DNA from: a virus
Strand: one strand, 5' to 3'
IMG/VR virus record: IMGVR_UViG_3300029616_000014
Location: 1-43,132 of that record
Length of the DNA stretch: 43,132 bases
The translations under genes were made by a program, and so were the position numbers. Under the pieces are notes generated by a model. That model saw only the letters and a list, made by a program, of their open reading frames with translations. It did no database searches and had not been told where the DNA came from. Each line of letters starts with the position of its first letter. Within the stretch, counting starts at the first letter, position 1. Of the stretch, positions 1 to 9,184 are shown one piece after another.

Positions 1-92
1 CCCCGCCCCCTGGGGGTATAGGGGGGGGATGCGATACCCGGGGGGCCGAATCGGGCCCGGGTCTCCGCCGCCGCGCCGCGACTAAACTAATA
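1..92. repeat. Left copy of 92-bp direct terminal repeat (identical to 43041-43132)
   Basis: Bases 1-92 (ccccgccccctgggggtata...gactaaactaata) recur exactly as the last 92 bases of the window. This means a circularly closed or terminally redundant complete genome. Confidence 0.95.
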
Positions 93-99
93 CATCTCC

Positions 100-136
100 A
101 CCCCGATACAGTAGCCATAGCGGGGTAATTTTTTTT
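100..136 (+). terminator. Terminator-like hairpin directly upstream of the packaging genes
   Basis: Stem accccg (100-105) / cggggt (121-126), then aa and a run of 8 T (129-136). It ends about 10 nt before the GGAGGG RBS of the first gene. Confidence 0.45.
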
Positions 137-152
137 GAAAGGAGGGTCCTGA

Positions 153-569
153 ATGCGAGCGACAAGAACCGTTTCGAGCTATGGACTTACCCGGCAGGAA
201 ATGAAGATCTGCAAGTTGGCGTTTGAGGGAGTTCCCGACGGAGAAATTGCGGATGAAATCTTTGGCAAAAGCATGGACAGGAAGGAATCCCATAACAAGC
301 GCGAAAAAGTAAAACGGATACTACTCCGCCCCCATGTTCAGGAAAAATTCAGAGAAATGATGCGGGAACAGGCGCTTCTTGATGTTGGCCATGGTCTGAA
401 GAAGCTGCGCGAACAGACTGAGAATGAAAGTGGCTGGCTGGCGAACAAGGCAACGAACGATCTGCTGAACCGCATGTGGCCTATGGTCATGGGCGAGGAA
501 GACAAGTCCGTTGTGGTCAAGATCGAGGGCATGCCTCAACTGGGCACTCCTGACCAGGAAGAAGAATAA
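153..569 (+). CDS. Putative terminase small subunit with N-terminal GerE/sigma-r4-like HTH
   Basis: 138 aa with RBS aaaggaggg. The segment LTRQEMKICKLAFEGVPDGEIADEIFG looks like a LuxR/sigma region-4 HTH. It lies immediately upstream of terL with an acidic C-terminus. The call rests on position and size. Confidence 0.55.
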   Translation: MRATRTVSSYGLTRQEMKICKLAFEGVPDGEIADEIFGKSMDRKESHNKREKVKRILLRPHVQEKFREMMREQALLDVGHGLKKLREQTENESGWLANKATNDLLNRMWPMVMGEEDKSVVVKIEGMPQLGTPDQEEE

Positions 570-572
570 CAG

Positions 573-1994
573 GTGTGGAGGGCTGCACTGATGATAGTGA
601 TCAGCTATAAGCCGACACCCAAGCAGGCGGCCTTCCATGCTACGTGTGCAAATGAGGTTCTATATGGCGGCGCGGCCGGCGGGGGCAAAACGAAGGCTTT
701 AATCATGGATGCGCTGTTCAGGGCGCTGAAATATCCGGGCACAACGGCGGTGGTGTTCAGACGGACGTTCGCTGAACTGGAGGATACCGATATCAAGGAG
801 GCCATGTCCAGCTATCCTGAATCGATTGCCAAGTATAACGCCGGGCGGCATGAATTTAAGCTCGTCAACGGAAGCAAGATCCTGTTCAGGCATTGCGAGC
901 ACGAGGAAGATCGGTTCCGGTACAGCGGTATTGAGATCCAGTTCCTATACTTCGACGAATTGACCAGCTTTGAACAGACGATCTATGACTTCATCAAAAC
1001 CCGCCTGCGCGCCAAGAAGTCCTTGGGCGTGGTGCCGATTGTCCGCTCTGCCAGCAACCCCGGTAACATCGGGCACGGCTGGGTGAAAAAAATGTTTGTG
1101 GATGCTGGGCCATACATGAGCATACAGGAACAGCGGATTTACAGCGATGCGCTGCACAAGGAAAAGGTGATCCGCACGCAGTACATCCCGGCGCTGGCCA
1201 CGGAGAACCCGTTTATCACGGAGGATTATATCTTCCAGCTTGAATCCAAGCCAAAGGCGCTGCGTGACGCGCTGCTCAACGGCGATTGGGACAGCTTCGA
1301 GGGACAGGTATTCGTGGAGTTCCGCAACGACCCTGCGCACTACAAGGATCGGCTGTGGACGCACGTTATTGAACCCTTTGACATTCCGCTGTGGTGGCCG
1401 AGGTTCTTTTCCTTTGACCATGGCTACAGCAAGCCGTTTTCCTGCCAGTGGTGGGCGGTTGACGATGTGGGCCGCGCCTACCTGTACAAGGAATGGTACG
1501 GATGCAGACCCAAGCAGGCGAACGTCGGCATTGAGCTGACCCCGCGCCAGATTGCGGAGGGCATTGTCCAGCGCGAACAGGAGGAAACGCAGAACAACCT
1601 GCGCATTGAGCGGATATGCGATCCGGCGTGCTTTGACCGGAGCCGCGGCGACAGCGTGGCTGACCAGATGCGACCCGGCGCATGGGGGCCTGGCGTGATC
1701 TTCCGTCCGGGCGACAATACGCGCCTGGCTGGCAAGATGCAGGTGCATGAACGGATGCGGTTTGACAAGGACGGCAGGCCGATGATGTATGTATTTAACA
1801 CTTGCGCCGATTGGTTGAGAACAGTTCCGAATTTGCCATACAGTCAAACGAAAATGGAAGACGTGGATACCCGTGCTGAAGACCACGAATACGACAGCAT
1901 GCGGTATTTTTTTATGTCCAGACCGCTGGCTGCGACCAAGTGCAAGCCGCCTAAGCCCAAGACGTGGGATCCCTATAGGAGAGACGAAGAATGA
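573..1994 (+). CDS. terL: Terminase large subunit (ATPase + nuclease)
   Basis: Walker A LYGGAAGGGKTKAL, and a Walker B-like LYFDELT. Size about 470 aa, and the gene overlaps the portal start. ATG 591 is the more likely start (GGAGG at 576-580). Confidence 0.9.
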   Translation: MWRAALMIVISYKPTPKQAAFHATCANEVLYGGAAGGGKTKALIMDALFRALKYPGTTAVVFRRTFAELEDTDIKEAMSSYPESIAKYNAGRHEFKLVNGSKILFRHCEHEEDRFRYSGIEIQFLYFDELTSFEQTIYDFIKTRLRAKKSLGVVPIVRSASNPGNIGHGWVKKMFVDAGPYMSIQEQRIYSDALHKEKVIRTQYIPALATENPFITEDYIFQLESKPKALRDALLNGDWDSFEGQVFVEFRNDPAHYKDRLWTHVIEPFDIPLWWPRFFSFDHGYSKPFSCQWWAVDDVGRAYLYKEWYGCRPKQANVGIELTPRQIAEGIVQREQEETQNNLRIERICDPACFDRSRGDSVADQMRPGAWGPGVIFRPGDNTRLAGKMQVHERMRFDKDGRPMMYVFNTCADWLRTVPNLPYSQTKMEDVDTRAEDHEYDSMRYFFMSRPLAATKCKPPKPKTWDPYRRDEE

Positions 1995-3808
1995 AAGAGA
2001 AACTGAGCGCGGCGGCCATTGGCCAGCAGCCGCTTGACGAAAAGGAACGGGCGCTCCTGACCGAGATATACAACCGGCTGGAAGTGTTTGAACAGGGCTG
2101 TCGGCCATACCATGAAGCCGCCCGCGAGGCGCGCGAAATCCTGCGCATGCGCGACCCCAGGCAGGATGACGGCGAGAATGCTGGGAAACCGACGCTTCAG
2201 CTGCAAACGCTCAAGAGCACGTTTAACAACGTCGTTGCTGAGCAGATGCAGAACATGCCGGAAGCCCGTATCCTGCCCGAAACGCCCGAGCAATCCACCA
2301 TGGCCGAGGATTTGCAGGACGCTGTGCGGTTTATCGTCTACGATGTGAACAACTACGAGACCATACACCGCCGTATTGCAGAGGACATATACGGCCCTGG
2401 TACGGCTGTTATTCAGACGGTATGGGATCCATCCATGAACTATGGAAAGGGCGATATCGCCATTATACGCTGGCCGATTGAAGCCTTTCTGTGGGACACC
2501 AAGGCCGAGTATTTGCAGGACAGCCGCGCGTGCATCAAGGTAAGCTGGCATCCGCTGAGCTGGTACGAGGCGCACTACCCGGACAAGGCTCCATACGTCA
2601 ACGCTGAGGACGGCCAGCACAACGAGGTGGGTATGCCCGAAAGCCAGAAGGATATGCTGGGCGAGGACGAAGGCCGGGCAATGCTGCTGGAATACTGGTA
2701 CAGGGAATACAACGCGAAATCCCACCGGTATACCATCAACGTGGCCTACTGTGCGGGCGGCGCGCTGCTGGAAAACCATAAGGATGTTTACTGGCACGGC
2801 ATGTATCCCTTTGACCTGGACGTGCACTCGACCGTCGAGGGCAGCATGGTCGGCGAGGGCATGGTGACGGAGCTTGCGCCCATGATGCGCTACATCAACC
2901 GTTACGCCCGGTACATCGACACGAACCTGCGCATGTCCAGCAAGGGCCGTATCCTGACGCGGCGGGGAAGCGGTATTGACCGTGAAGCTCTGGCTGACTG
3001 GTCGAAGGATATGGTAGAAGGCGACAGCATTGAAAATGGCAGCGATTGGGCCTGGATGCAGCACGCGCCGTTGAACGGCATGATCGTGCAGCAGATGCTC
3101 CAATATCAGAACGATATGAAGCAGGACAGCGGCGCGAACCAGTTTACCCGCGGCGAGACCATGAACGGCATCACCTCCGGCAAGGCCATTGCCTCCCTGC
3201 AGGCTGCCGGTGGCAAGATCACCTCCCTGCGCACGGCGACGCTGAATAACGGCTTCAGAGAGATGGTGAAGAAGATTATCTGGCTGATGTCCGAGTATTA
3301 CGACGACGACCGCATGCTGCTGATTACGGGCCGTGACGGGCAGAGCCGACAGATCAACGTGCATAGCCTGTTTGGCCATCGCGGCAAGGGCGCGGTTGCG
3401 CCGCCGCCGTACATGGTGCAGATTGAGATCAACCAGAAGAACCCCGTGCGCATCGAGGCCATGAACGAGATGTACATGCAGGCGTACACCATGGCCGCGC
3501 AGGCGCAGCAGTTCTTCCCGCTATCGTCGCTGTTTGAAATGCTCAATATTGACGGCAAGGATCGGCTGCTGCCGGTTATCCGTCAGAACGAGCAGTGGCA
3601 GCAGCAGATGCAGCAGATGCAGCAGCAGAACGTGCAGATGCAGCAGGAAATCGAGAGCTTGCAGCAGGAGCGCGACGGTCTGCGCACGGCGACCACGCAG
3701 ATGAGCAATGCCCTGGCTGGCATGTCTGCCGGACAGCAAGGCGCAACGCCAGCCACGCCAGCTACGCCGTCTACCCCGGCAACACCCGCTGCGGTAGTGA
3801 CAATTTAA
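1991..3808 (+). CDS. Portal protein
   Basis: 605 aa directly after terL with a 4-nt overlap. The C-terminus has a Q-rich coiled coil (QQMQQMQQQNVQMQQEIESLQQ) and a PATPATPSTPATP tail. The call rests on position and size. Confidence 0.75.
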   Translation: MKEKLSAAAIGQQPLDEKERALLTEIYNRLEVFEQGCRPYHEAAREAREILRMRDPRQDDGENAGKPTLQLQTLKSTFNNVVAEQMQNMPEARILPETPEQSTMAEDLQDAVRFIVYDVNNYETIHRRIAEDIYGPGTAVIQTVWDPSMNYGKGDIAIIRWPIEAFLWDTKAEYLQDSRACIKVSWHPLSWYEAHYPDKAPYVNAEDGQHNEVGMPESQKDMLGEDEGRAMLLEYWYREYNAKSHRYTINVAYCAGGALLENHKDVYWHGMYPFDLDVHSTVEGSMVGEGMVTELAPMMRYINRYARYIDTNLRMSSKGRILTRRGSGIDREALADWSKDMVEGDSIENGSDWAWMQHAPLNGMIVQQMLQYQNDMKQDSGANQFTRGETMNGITSGKAIASLQAAGGKITSLRTATLNNGFREMVKKIIWLMSEYYDDDRMLLITGRDGQSRQINVHSLFGHRGKGAVAPPPYMVQIEINQKNPVRIEAMNEMYMQAYTMAAQAQQFFPLSSLFEMLNIDGKDRLLPVIRQNEQWQQQMQQMQQQNVQMQQEIESLQQERDGLRTATTQMSNALAGMSAGQQGATPATPATPSTPATPAAVVTI

Positions 3809-3819
3809 CAGCAGAAAGG

Positions 3820-3847
3820 CACGCCTTGGAAACGGGGCGTGTTTTTC
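3820..3847 (+). terminator. Rho-independent terminator after portal
   Basis: Stem cacgcc (3820-3825) / ggcgtg (3836-3841) followed by ttttt (3842-3846). Confidence 0.6.
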
Positions 3848-3903
3848 ATAGATTCGCCAGTCCGCGTTTTCGCGGCTGAGCGCCCGAAAAGGAGACTTAA
3901 TCC

Positions 3904-4656
3904 ATGGATGAAAACAAAGCGGTCGAAATGATGCTTGCGGATGGCGTGCAGGACGACGCTGCACAGGCCGACGTAGGCGAACCCATCTCTGAGCTTTTGA
4001 ACGAGCAGCCCGCCGCTGAACAGCAGCAGCAGGAGGCCACGCCTCAGAAGGAACCGGGATGGATCAAGCAGCGCATTGGCAAGGCGGTTGAAAAGGCGGT
4101 GGCGGAGGCTGAAGCGCGCGTAACTGCGCAGTACGAAGCGATGCTGGCCCCCATCCGTGAAAGCGTGCTGGACAGACAGGCCGAGGACCTGGTGAAGTCC
4201 GGCGAGTTTAAGAGCCTGGAGACTGCCAAGGAATATGTGCGCTTGAAGGGCGGCGTTGTGTCTGCGCCCGCCGCCGAGCCTGATCAGCAGAAGCCCACCG
4301 TGCAGCAGCGTGATGAGCAGGGCAGATTTGTATCAAATAACGACGCCATGACGCATGCGCGCGCCGATCTGCTGGCGAAACAGGCGCAGAAGATCAAAGC
4401 CCGGCGCGGCCTGGATGTGATGCAGGCAATCAACGCCGACGAAGACATGAAACACCGCGTGCTGAGCGGCGAGTGGGATTTTTACGATGTGGCCGAGAGC
4501 ATGGCCTCTCCGCAGCATAACGCCCCCGTGCCGGTACGCACCTCCAACGGCGGCACCAGCCCCAGCGCTGTATCGATCAGCGGCATGAGCGACGATCAAT
4601 TCAGGCGCTTACAGGCCAATCTTGCCAACGGGAGGATTTACGACATGAGAAAGTGA
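3904..4656 (+). CDS. Putative scaffolding protein
   Basis: 250 aa, acidic, Q/A/E-rich and predicted helical. It lies between portal and capsid, with RBS aaaaggaga. Confidence 0.55.
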   Translation: MDENKAVEMMLADGVQDDAAQADVGEPISELLNEQPAAEQQQQEATPQKEPGWIKQRIGKAVEKAVAEAEARVTAQYEAMLAPIRESVLDRQAEDLVKSGEFKSLETAKEYVRLKGGVVSAPAAEPDQQKPTVQQRDEQGRFVSNNDAMTHARADLLAKQAQKIKARRGLDVMQAINADEDMKHRVLSGEWDFYDVAESMASPQHNAPVPVRTSNGGTSPSAVSISGMSDDQFRRLQANLANGRIYDMRK

Positions 4657-4667
4657 GGATCATTTGA

Positions 4668-5897
4668 ATGGCTGTTTTTGATAACCTGAATAAAACTTAT
4701 TCCCCCGGCGTAGCGCCGTCCGTAGTTGAATACTATGAGCGGTCGCTGCTGGAAAACATGAAGCCCGAAATGGTGCACAACCGCGACGCGCAGAAGCGCA
4801 CGTTGCCTGAGCACAACGGCAAGACCGTGAAGTTCCGTCGCTTCACCCCCTTTGCGGCGATCACCGAGCCCCTGGCCGAGGGCGTAACCCCCGCTGGCCA
4901 GACCCTGACCGAAACCGCCTTTACGGCGATGGTTAAGCCCTACGGCGGCCACGTCGAGCTGACCGACGAAATCAACTTCTACCTGCTGGACAACATGCAC
5001 CAGGAGACCGCCAAACTGCTTGGCGACCAGGCCGCGCTGTCTCTGGACACCATCAGCCGCAATGCGCTCAACGCCGGCATGAACGTGCAGTATGCCAACA
5101 GCAAGACTTCCCGCGGCGCGCTGGCTTCTACCGACAAGCTGACCTTTGCCGAGATCAAGACGGCTGTACGCAACCTGAAGCGCAAGAATGTCAAGCCCTT
5201 TGCTGACGGCTTCTATCATGCCATTGTGCATCCTGACGTTGTGCACGACCTGACCGCCGATACCATGTGGGTGGACGTTGCCAAGTATCAGGACAAGGTA
5301 AAGACCGAGCGCTACGAGCTGGGCACCATCTACAAGGTGAAGTTTTTTGAATCCACTAACGCAATGGTGTTTAAGGCGCAGACCTACATCTACGGCACCA
5401 AGGCGTCCCTGACCGCGACCGCGTTTGACGCTGCCACCAAGTGCATGACCGTATCCGATTCCATCAGCGAGGACGATGCGCGCGCCATGACCGGCCTGCT
5501 GGTGAACGTGCAGATCACCAAGTCGAGCGTTGACAGCGTAACGCCCATGTGCATTGAGCGCGTGGACGCGACCAACAAGAAGGTTTACTTCCGCTGGGTG
5601 CCCGCCAGCACGACCGACTGGACGACCACCAACGCCCTGAAGGTTGTTCCCTACGGCGGCGGCGCTTCCGGTGCGGAGGTCTACTCCACCCTGATCTACG
5701 GCGAGAACGCCTTTGGCACCATCGAACTGGGCGGCACTGGCCGGAATGTGCAGATCATCATCAACGCGCCCGGTTCCTCCGGCGCTCTGGATCCCCTGGC
5801 CCAGCGCGGCACCATCGCCTGGAAGGTCAAGGGCTTCTGCACGGTCATTCTTCAGGACGACTTCATTGTGCGTCTCGAATCCGGCGCGACGGCCTAA
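4668..5897 (+). CDS. Major capsid protein (HK97 fold, N4-gp56-family-like)
   Basis: 409 aa. The N-terminal pattern YYERSLLENMKPEMVH...LPEHNGKTVKFRRF...PLAEGVTPAGQ..YGG matches my recollection of N4-gp56-family capsid proteins. A terminator hairpin follows the gene. Confidence 0.85.
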   Translation: MAVFDNLNKTYSPGVAPSVVEYYERSLLENMKPEMVHNRDAQKRTLPEHNGKTVKFRRFTPFAAITEPLAEGVTPAGQTLTETAFTAMVKPYGGHVELTDEINFYLLDNMHQETAKLLGDQAALSLDTISRNALNAGMNVQYANSKTSRGALASTDKLTFAEIKTAVRNLKRKNVKPFADGFYHAIVHPDVVHDLTADTMWVDVAKYQDKVKTERYELGTIYKVKFFESTNAMVFKAQTYIYGTKASLTATAFDAATKCMTVSDSISEDDARAMTGLLVNVQITKSSVDSVTPMCIERVDATNKKVYFRWVPASTTDWTTTNALKVVPYGGGASGAEVYSTLIYGENAFGTIELGGTGRNVQIIINAPGSSGALDPLAQRGTIAWKVKGFCTVILQDDFIVRLESGATA

Positions 5898-5906
5898 CAA
5901 CGGATG

Positions 5907-5948
5907 AAACACGGAGGCAGGGCAGTCCTGCTTCCGCGTTTCTTTTTG
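5907..5948 (+). terminator. Terminator/attenuator hairpin after capsid gene
   Basis: gaaacacggaggcagg-gcagt-cctgcttccgcgtttc (two mismatches) followed by ttttt. Confidence 0.6.
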
Positions 5949-5964
5949 GGAAGGAGATTTTATC

Positions 5965-6201
5965 ATGGCTAAGAAAGTTGACACCCTGACGGTTGAAACC
6001 CCTGTGCAGGAGACCGTGGCGGATGAACCCCGCGTGCGCGTATATCTGCCCCTGCTGGAAAGCGAGGGCGCGGGCGTGCATATTGACCAGTACGAGCACG
6101 TGACGGTCAACGGTGAAACCACGCTGGTGCGCCGCGGCGAATATGTGGACGTGACGGTTCCTGTATTTATCCAGCTCAAAAACAAATTACCCCACCTGTA
6201 A
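5965..6201 (+). CDS. Small hypothetical head-module protein
   Basis: 78 aa with RBS gggaaggag, in the structural operon. Confidence 0.5.
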   Translation: MAKKVDTLTVETPVQETVADEPRVRVYLPLLESEGAGVHIDQYEHVTVNGETTLVRRGEYVDVTVPVFIQLKNKLPHL

Positions 6202-6219
6202 TGCGAAGGAGGCGGCGGC

Positions 6220-6585
6220 ATGACGGTTGGTGAGATCAAAAACACGGTGATGTTCCAGACCAACAACGACAGCGACGATCTGGAAGATTTCTTGCCGTAT
6301 CTGATGGACTATATCAATGACGGCTATGACCGTCTGGTATATGCCTACACAAAAAAGCACGCATCGCCCATGCTGCACGCCGACACGGAAACGCCCTACC
6401 TGCCGGAGTGGGCGCATCCTGCGCTGGCGGACTGGGCGACGTGGCTTGTATACAGGAACGGGAACCCGCAGAAGCAGCAGCGCGGATACGCGTTTAGAAG
6501 CTCCTTTGAGGAAATCCGCACGAAACTTGTCGAAAACAGTGCGGATGGCTCCCGTGTAGAACACTTTATCAACCTGCCGAGGTGA
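6220..6585 (+). CDS. Putative head-tail connector/adaptor protein
   Basis: 121 aa with RBS gaaggagg. The position after the capsid gene and the size are typical of gp6-like connectors. No motif-level proof. Confidence 0.4.
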   Translation: MTVGEIKNTVMFQTNNDSDDLEDFLPYLMDYINDGYDRLVYAYTKKHASPMLHADTETPYLPEWAHPALADWATWLVYRNGNPQKQQRGYAFRSSFEEIRTKLVENSADGSRVEHFINLPR

Positions 6586-6591
6586 TAGGAT

Positions 6592-8106
6592 ATGGCCAGC
6601 TATAACAGTATTGGAACGTACAGCGCCGTATCTGCCTATCCATCGTTTAAGGGCTTGATGCAATATGGGGACGGTATCAACACCGACCCGCGCTATGCGG
6701 TTGACGCAGTAAACGTGGAGACGGTGGGCGGCGTTTTGCAGCCTGCCGCTGCCTGCGTTTTGCTTGCGCCGAAGCTGGCACAGCCGATCAAGACGCTGGC
6801 GCGCCTGTACCGCAGATGGTACACGGGGACGGATAACCGGGAAGTGCTGGTTGCTGCGAGCGGCGGGAAGCTATATTACATGCTGCCCGGCGCATCGTCC
6901 TGGACGCAGCTTGCGTTTCCAGCTGGCGTAACGGCCTATCAGAGCGACGTATGGAGCTGGGCAGCTTACGAGATTAACCCCGAGGGCAGCGAAGCCAGCG
7001 TGGACGTGCTGCTGCTGTCCAACGCCCTGGACGGCATGGTGATGGTGCGCGGCGACAACCTGACGGTAAGCGTGGTATCGACTCCTAAAAAGTTTGGCGT
7101 TATCGCACGATACGCAGAACGCATTTGGGGCGGCGCAATCACCGAAGACCCGGATATGCTGGTGTACTCAGCGCCATACGATCCTACCGACTGGGCGGCT
7201 AACGTGGAAATTCCCGAGGACGGCGCGGGCGACATCAACCAGCCGAGCTGGGACGGAGACAGTTTTACTGCGCTGCACGCCTTTGGCAGTCAGTTGATCG
7301 CATTTAAGAAAACGCGCGTATGGCGCATCCTGGGCACTGACCCTGGCGAATACACCTTCAAGGAGCAGTACGGCGGCGGCGCACCCTTTGCCGGAACAAT
7401 CGCTGTGGATGTGGAACGCATCCTGATGCTTACGCGGCAGGGCGTGCAGGCATATGACGGCCTGGCTGTCAGCGCCTATCAGCAGGAGTATTGCAAGGCC
7501 ATATGGGAGCGGATGAACGCCGACGCGCTGGACGGTGCAAGCGCCGTATTTTGGCGCGGCAAATATTACTGCGCAATCCCGATGGACGGCAGCGAAATCA
7601 ACAACGCGGTGATCATCTACAACACCCTGGATGGCACATGGCTGTTGCGAAACGACGTGTCCGTAGAGCGCTTTCTTGGCACGCAGGAGACGCTTTACTT
7701 TACCAGCGCAACAACGCCTGGCCGCATATGGGAATGGCGCGAAAACAGTTGGGAGACCGGCTGCACGGCGGTTGAGGGAGCGCGGTGGGTAACGCCGTGG
7801 AACGACCTGGGATACAAACAATCCAATAAGGGCGGCTTTGAAGTGTATCTGCTTTGCGAGGCTCAGGGCGCGCCGGTGCAGCTGCGCGTGACGGTCCAGA
7901 CGGAGAAGAAGGCCAAGACCAAGGTGTACACGGTGCAGCCCCTCAGCGCGCAGGAGATGGCAAACGGCAAGGAATACCGGCAGAAGCGCATGCACTTTGG
8001 CGGCGCTGGGCGCAGGTTCCGGCTGCTGATTGAATCGGCCCCGGCCTCTCCACCCTGGCGGCTGTCCGGCGGTGTCACGGTTGTATCCGAGCTTGACCCG
8101 GATTAA
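6592..8106 (+). CDS. Virion structural protein (putative tail tube/nozzle-type)
   Basis: 504 aa with RBS gaggtga. W/Y/G-rich and beta-rich in composition, lying between the connector and fibre genes. Confidence 0.4.
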   Translation: MASYNSIGTYSAVSAYPSFKGLMQYGDGINTDPRYAVDAVNVETVGGVLQPAAACVLLAPKLAQPIKTLARLYRRWYTGTDNREVLVAASGGKLYYMLPGASSWTQLAFPAGVTAYQSDVWSWAAYEINPEGSEASVDVLLLSNALDGMVMVRGDNLTVSVVSTPKKFGVIARYAERIWGGAITEDPDMLVYSAPYDPTDWAANVEIPEDGAGDINQPSWDGDSFTALHAFGSQLIAFKKTRVWRILGTDPGEYTFKEQYGGGAPFAGTIAVDVERILMLTRQGVQAYDGLAVSAYQQEYCKAIWERMNADALDGASAVFWRGKYYCAIPMDGSEINNAVIIYNTLDGTWLLRNDVSVERFLGTQETLYFTSATTPGRIWEWRENSWETGCTAVEGARWVTPWNDLGYKQSNKGGFEVYLLCEAQGAPVQLRVTVQTEKKAKTKVYTVQPLSAQEMANGKEYRQKRMHFGGAGRRFRLLIESAPASPPWRLSGGVTVVSELDPD

Positions 8107-8115
8107 GGAGGGCGC

Positions 8116-9171
8116 ATGGCGACAAAATACACGACCATACAGCAGCATGAGCCGCTGCGTGTGCCCAGCGGATGGGGGCAGCAGGAGCGCGCTTTTATCG
8201 CGCAGCTGGAAGCGCTGTTTGACGATGTATACCGGCGCTTTAACCGCATCAGGATGCGCGACCTGTCCGAACCGCTGCAGAGCACCATCCAGGAAAGCGC
8301 TGACGGCGTGACGGAAGTAAAGACTTCAATTGTTCAGACGAATGCGCAGATTGCATTGAAGCTGGACAAGACATCGCCTTCTGTCGGCGTTAGCAACTCC
8401 GCCATTCTGATCAACACGGACGGTATCCACCTGAATTCCGAGGGCAGTATCGACGTGGACGGCGGCACGGTCAATATTAAGTCTGGTTCTTCCCTGACCA
8501 TGCAGGCGGTGACGGACGAGGACGCGACGATTAACGGCGGCATGATCTGGCACGCCAAAAACCTGGTGGTTTCGACCTCCGCGCCGACCAACCCCAAGCC
8601 CGGGCTGATCTGGATAAAGCCTATCGCTGCTTCCTCTTATGCGGTCGCTGCGCTGTCTGACGATGTTTCTCTGCAGGCAGCGCCCGAGACTGTTTACTAT
8701 AACGGCACCTGGACGGGCGACGCGCTGAGCAATTCAGCCTTTGCATCGCCGGTCAACATCCCCTGCTATGGCGTGGCACAGGGCGCGGCTCCGTCCGGCA
8801 GCTACAGTTGTCAGTATACCGTCAAGGTGTATTTCTGGAAGTCTGCCGCGATTCACAGTGCAAACGCGCACGTTTATCTTTCCAACACCGTGGGCGGCAT
8901 GGATGTGGATTGTGGGTCGCAGACGTTCACAGCGTCCGGCTGGTTTGAAAAGACTGTCACAAGCAATGTTTGGCTGGGCAACGGCGGTACGATCTTTATT
9001 ACAGTGGTCAAGGATGAAGCTGATTTTGCTGTTTACAAGAACAAGCCTTTCAGCGTGAATGCTGCATTGACCGGTTATACGGAAAGCGGCGGCGGAACTG
9101 ACCCTGATCCCGACCCGCCAACGCCTGTGTCCGGCTTTGTGCCATGCGACGTTTACTATTACACAGGCTAA
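8116..9171 (+). CDS. Tail fibre/spike-like protein
   Basis: 351 aa with RBS taaggaggg. Helical N-terminus, then a beta-rich region (ILINTDGIHLNSEGSIDVDGGTVNIKSGSSL), with a DPDPDPPTP linker near the C-terminus. Confidence 0.5.
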   Translation: MATKYTTIQQHEPLRVPSGWGQQERAFIAQLEALFDDVYRRFNRIRMRDLSEPLQSTIQESADGVTEVKTSIVQTNAQIALKLDKTSPSVGVSNSAILINTDGIHLNSEGSIDVDGGTVNIKSGSSLTMQAVTDEDATINGGMIWHAKNLVVSTSAPTNPKPGLIWIKPIAASSYAVAALSDDVSLQAAPETVYYNGTWTGDALSNSAFASPVNIPCYGVAQGAAPSGSYSCQYTVKVYFWKSAAIHSANAHVYLSNTVGGMDVDCGSQTFTASGWFEKTVTSNVWLGNGGTIFITVVKDEADFAVYKNKPFSVNAALTGYTESGGGTDPDPDPPTPVSGFVPCDVYYYTG

Positions 9172-9184
9172 GGAGATAAGCAAC

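Noticed and set aside
945-6266. Long minus-strand ORFs overlapping terL, portal and capsid (387 aa, 468 aa, 542 aa)
   Set aside because: This is the same GC-driven antisense artefact. The plus-strand products carry clear terminase and capsid motifs.
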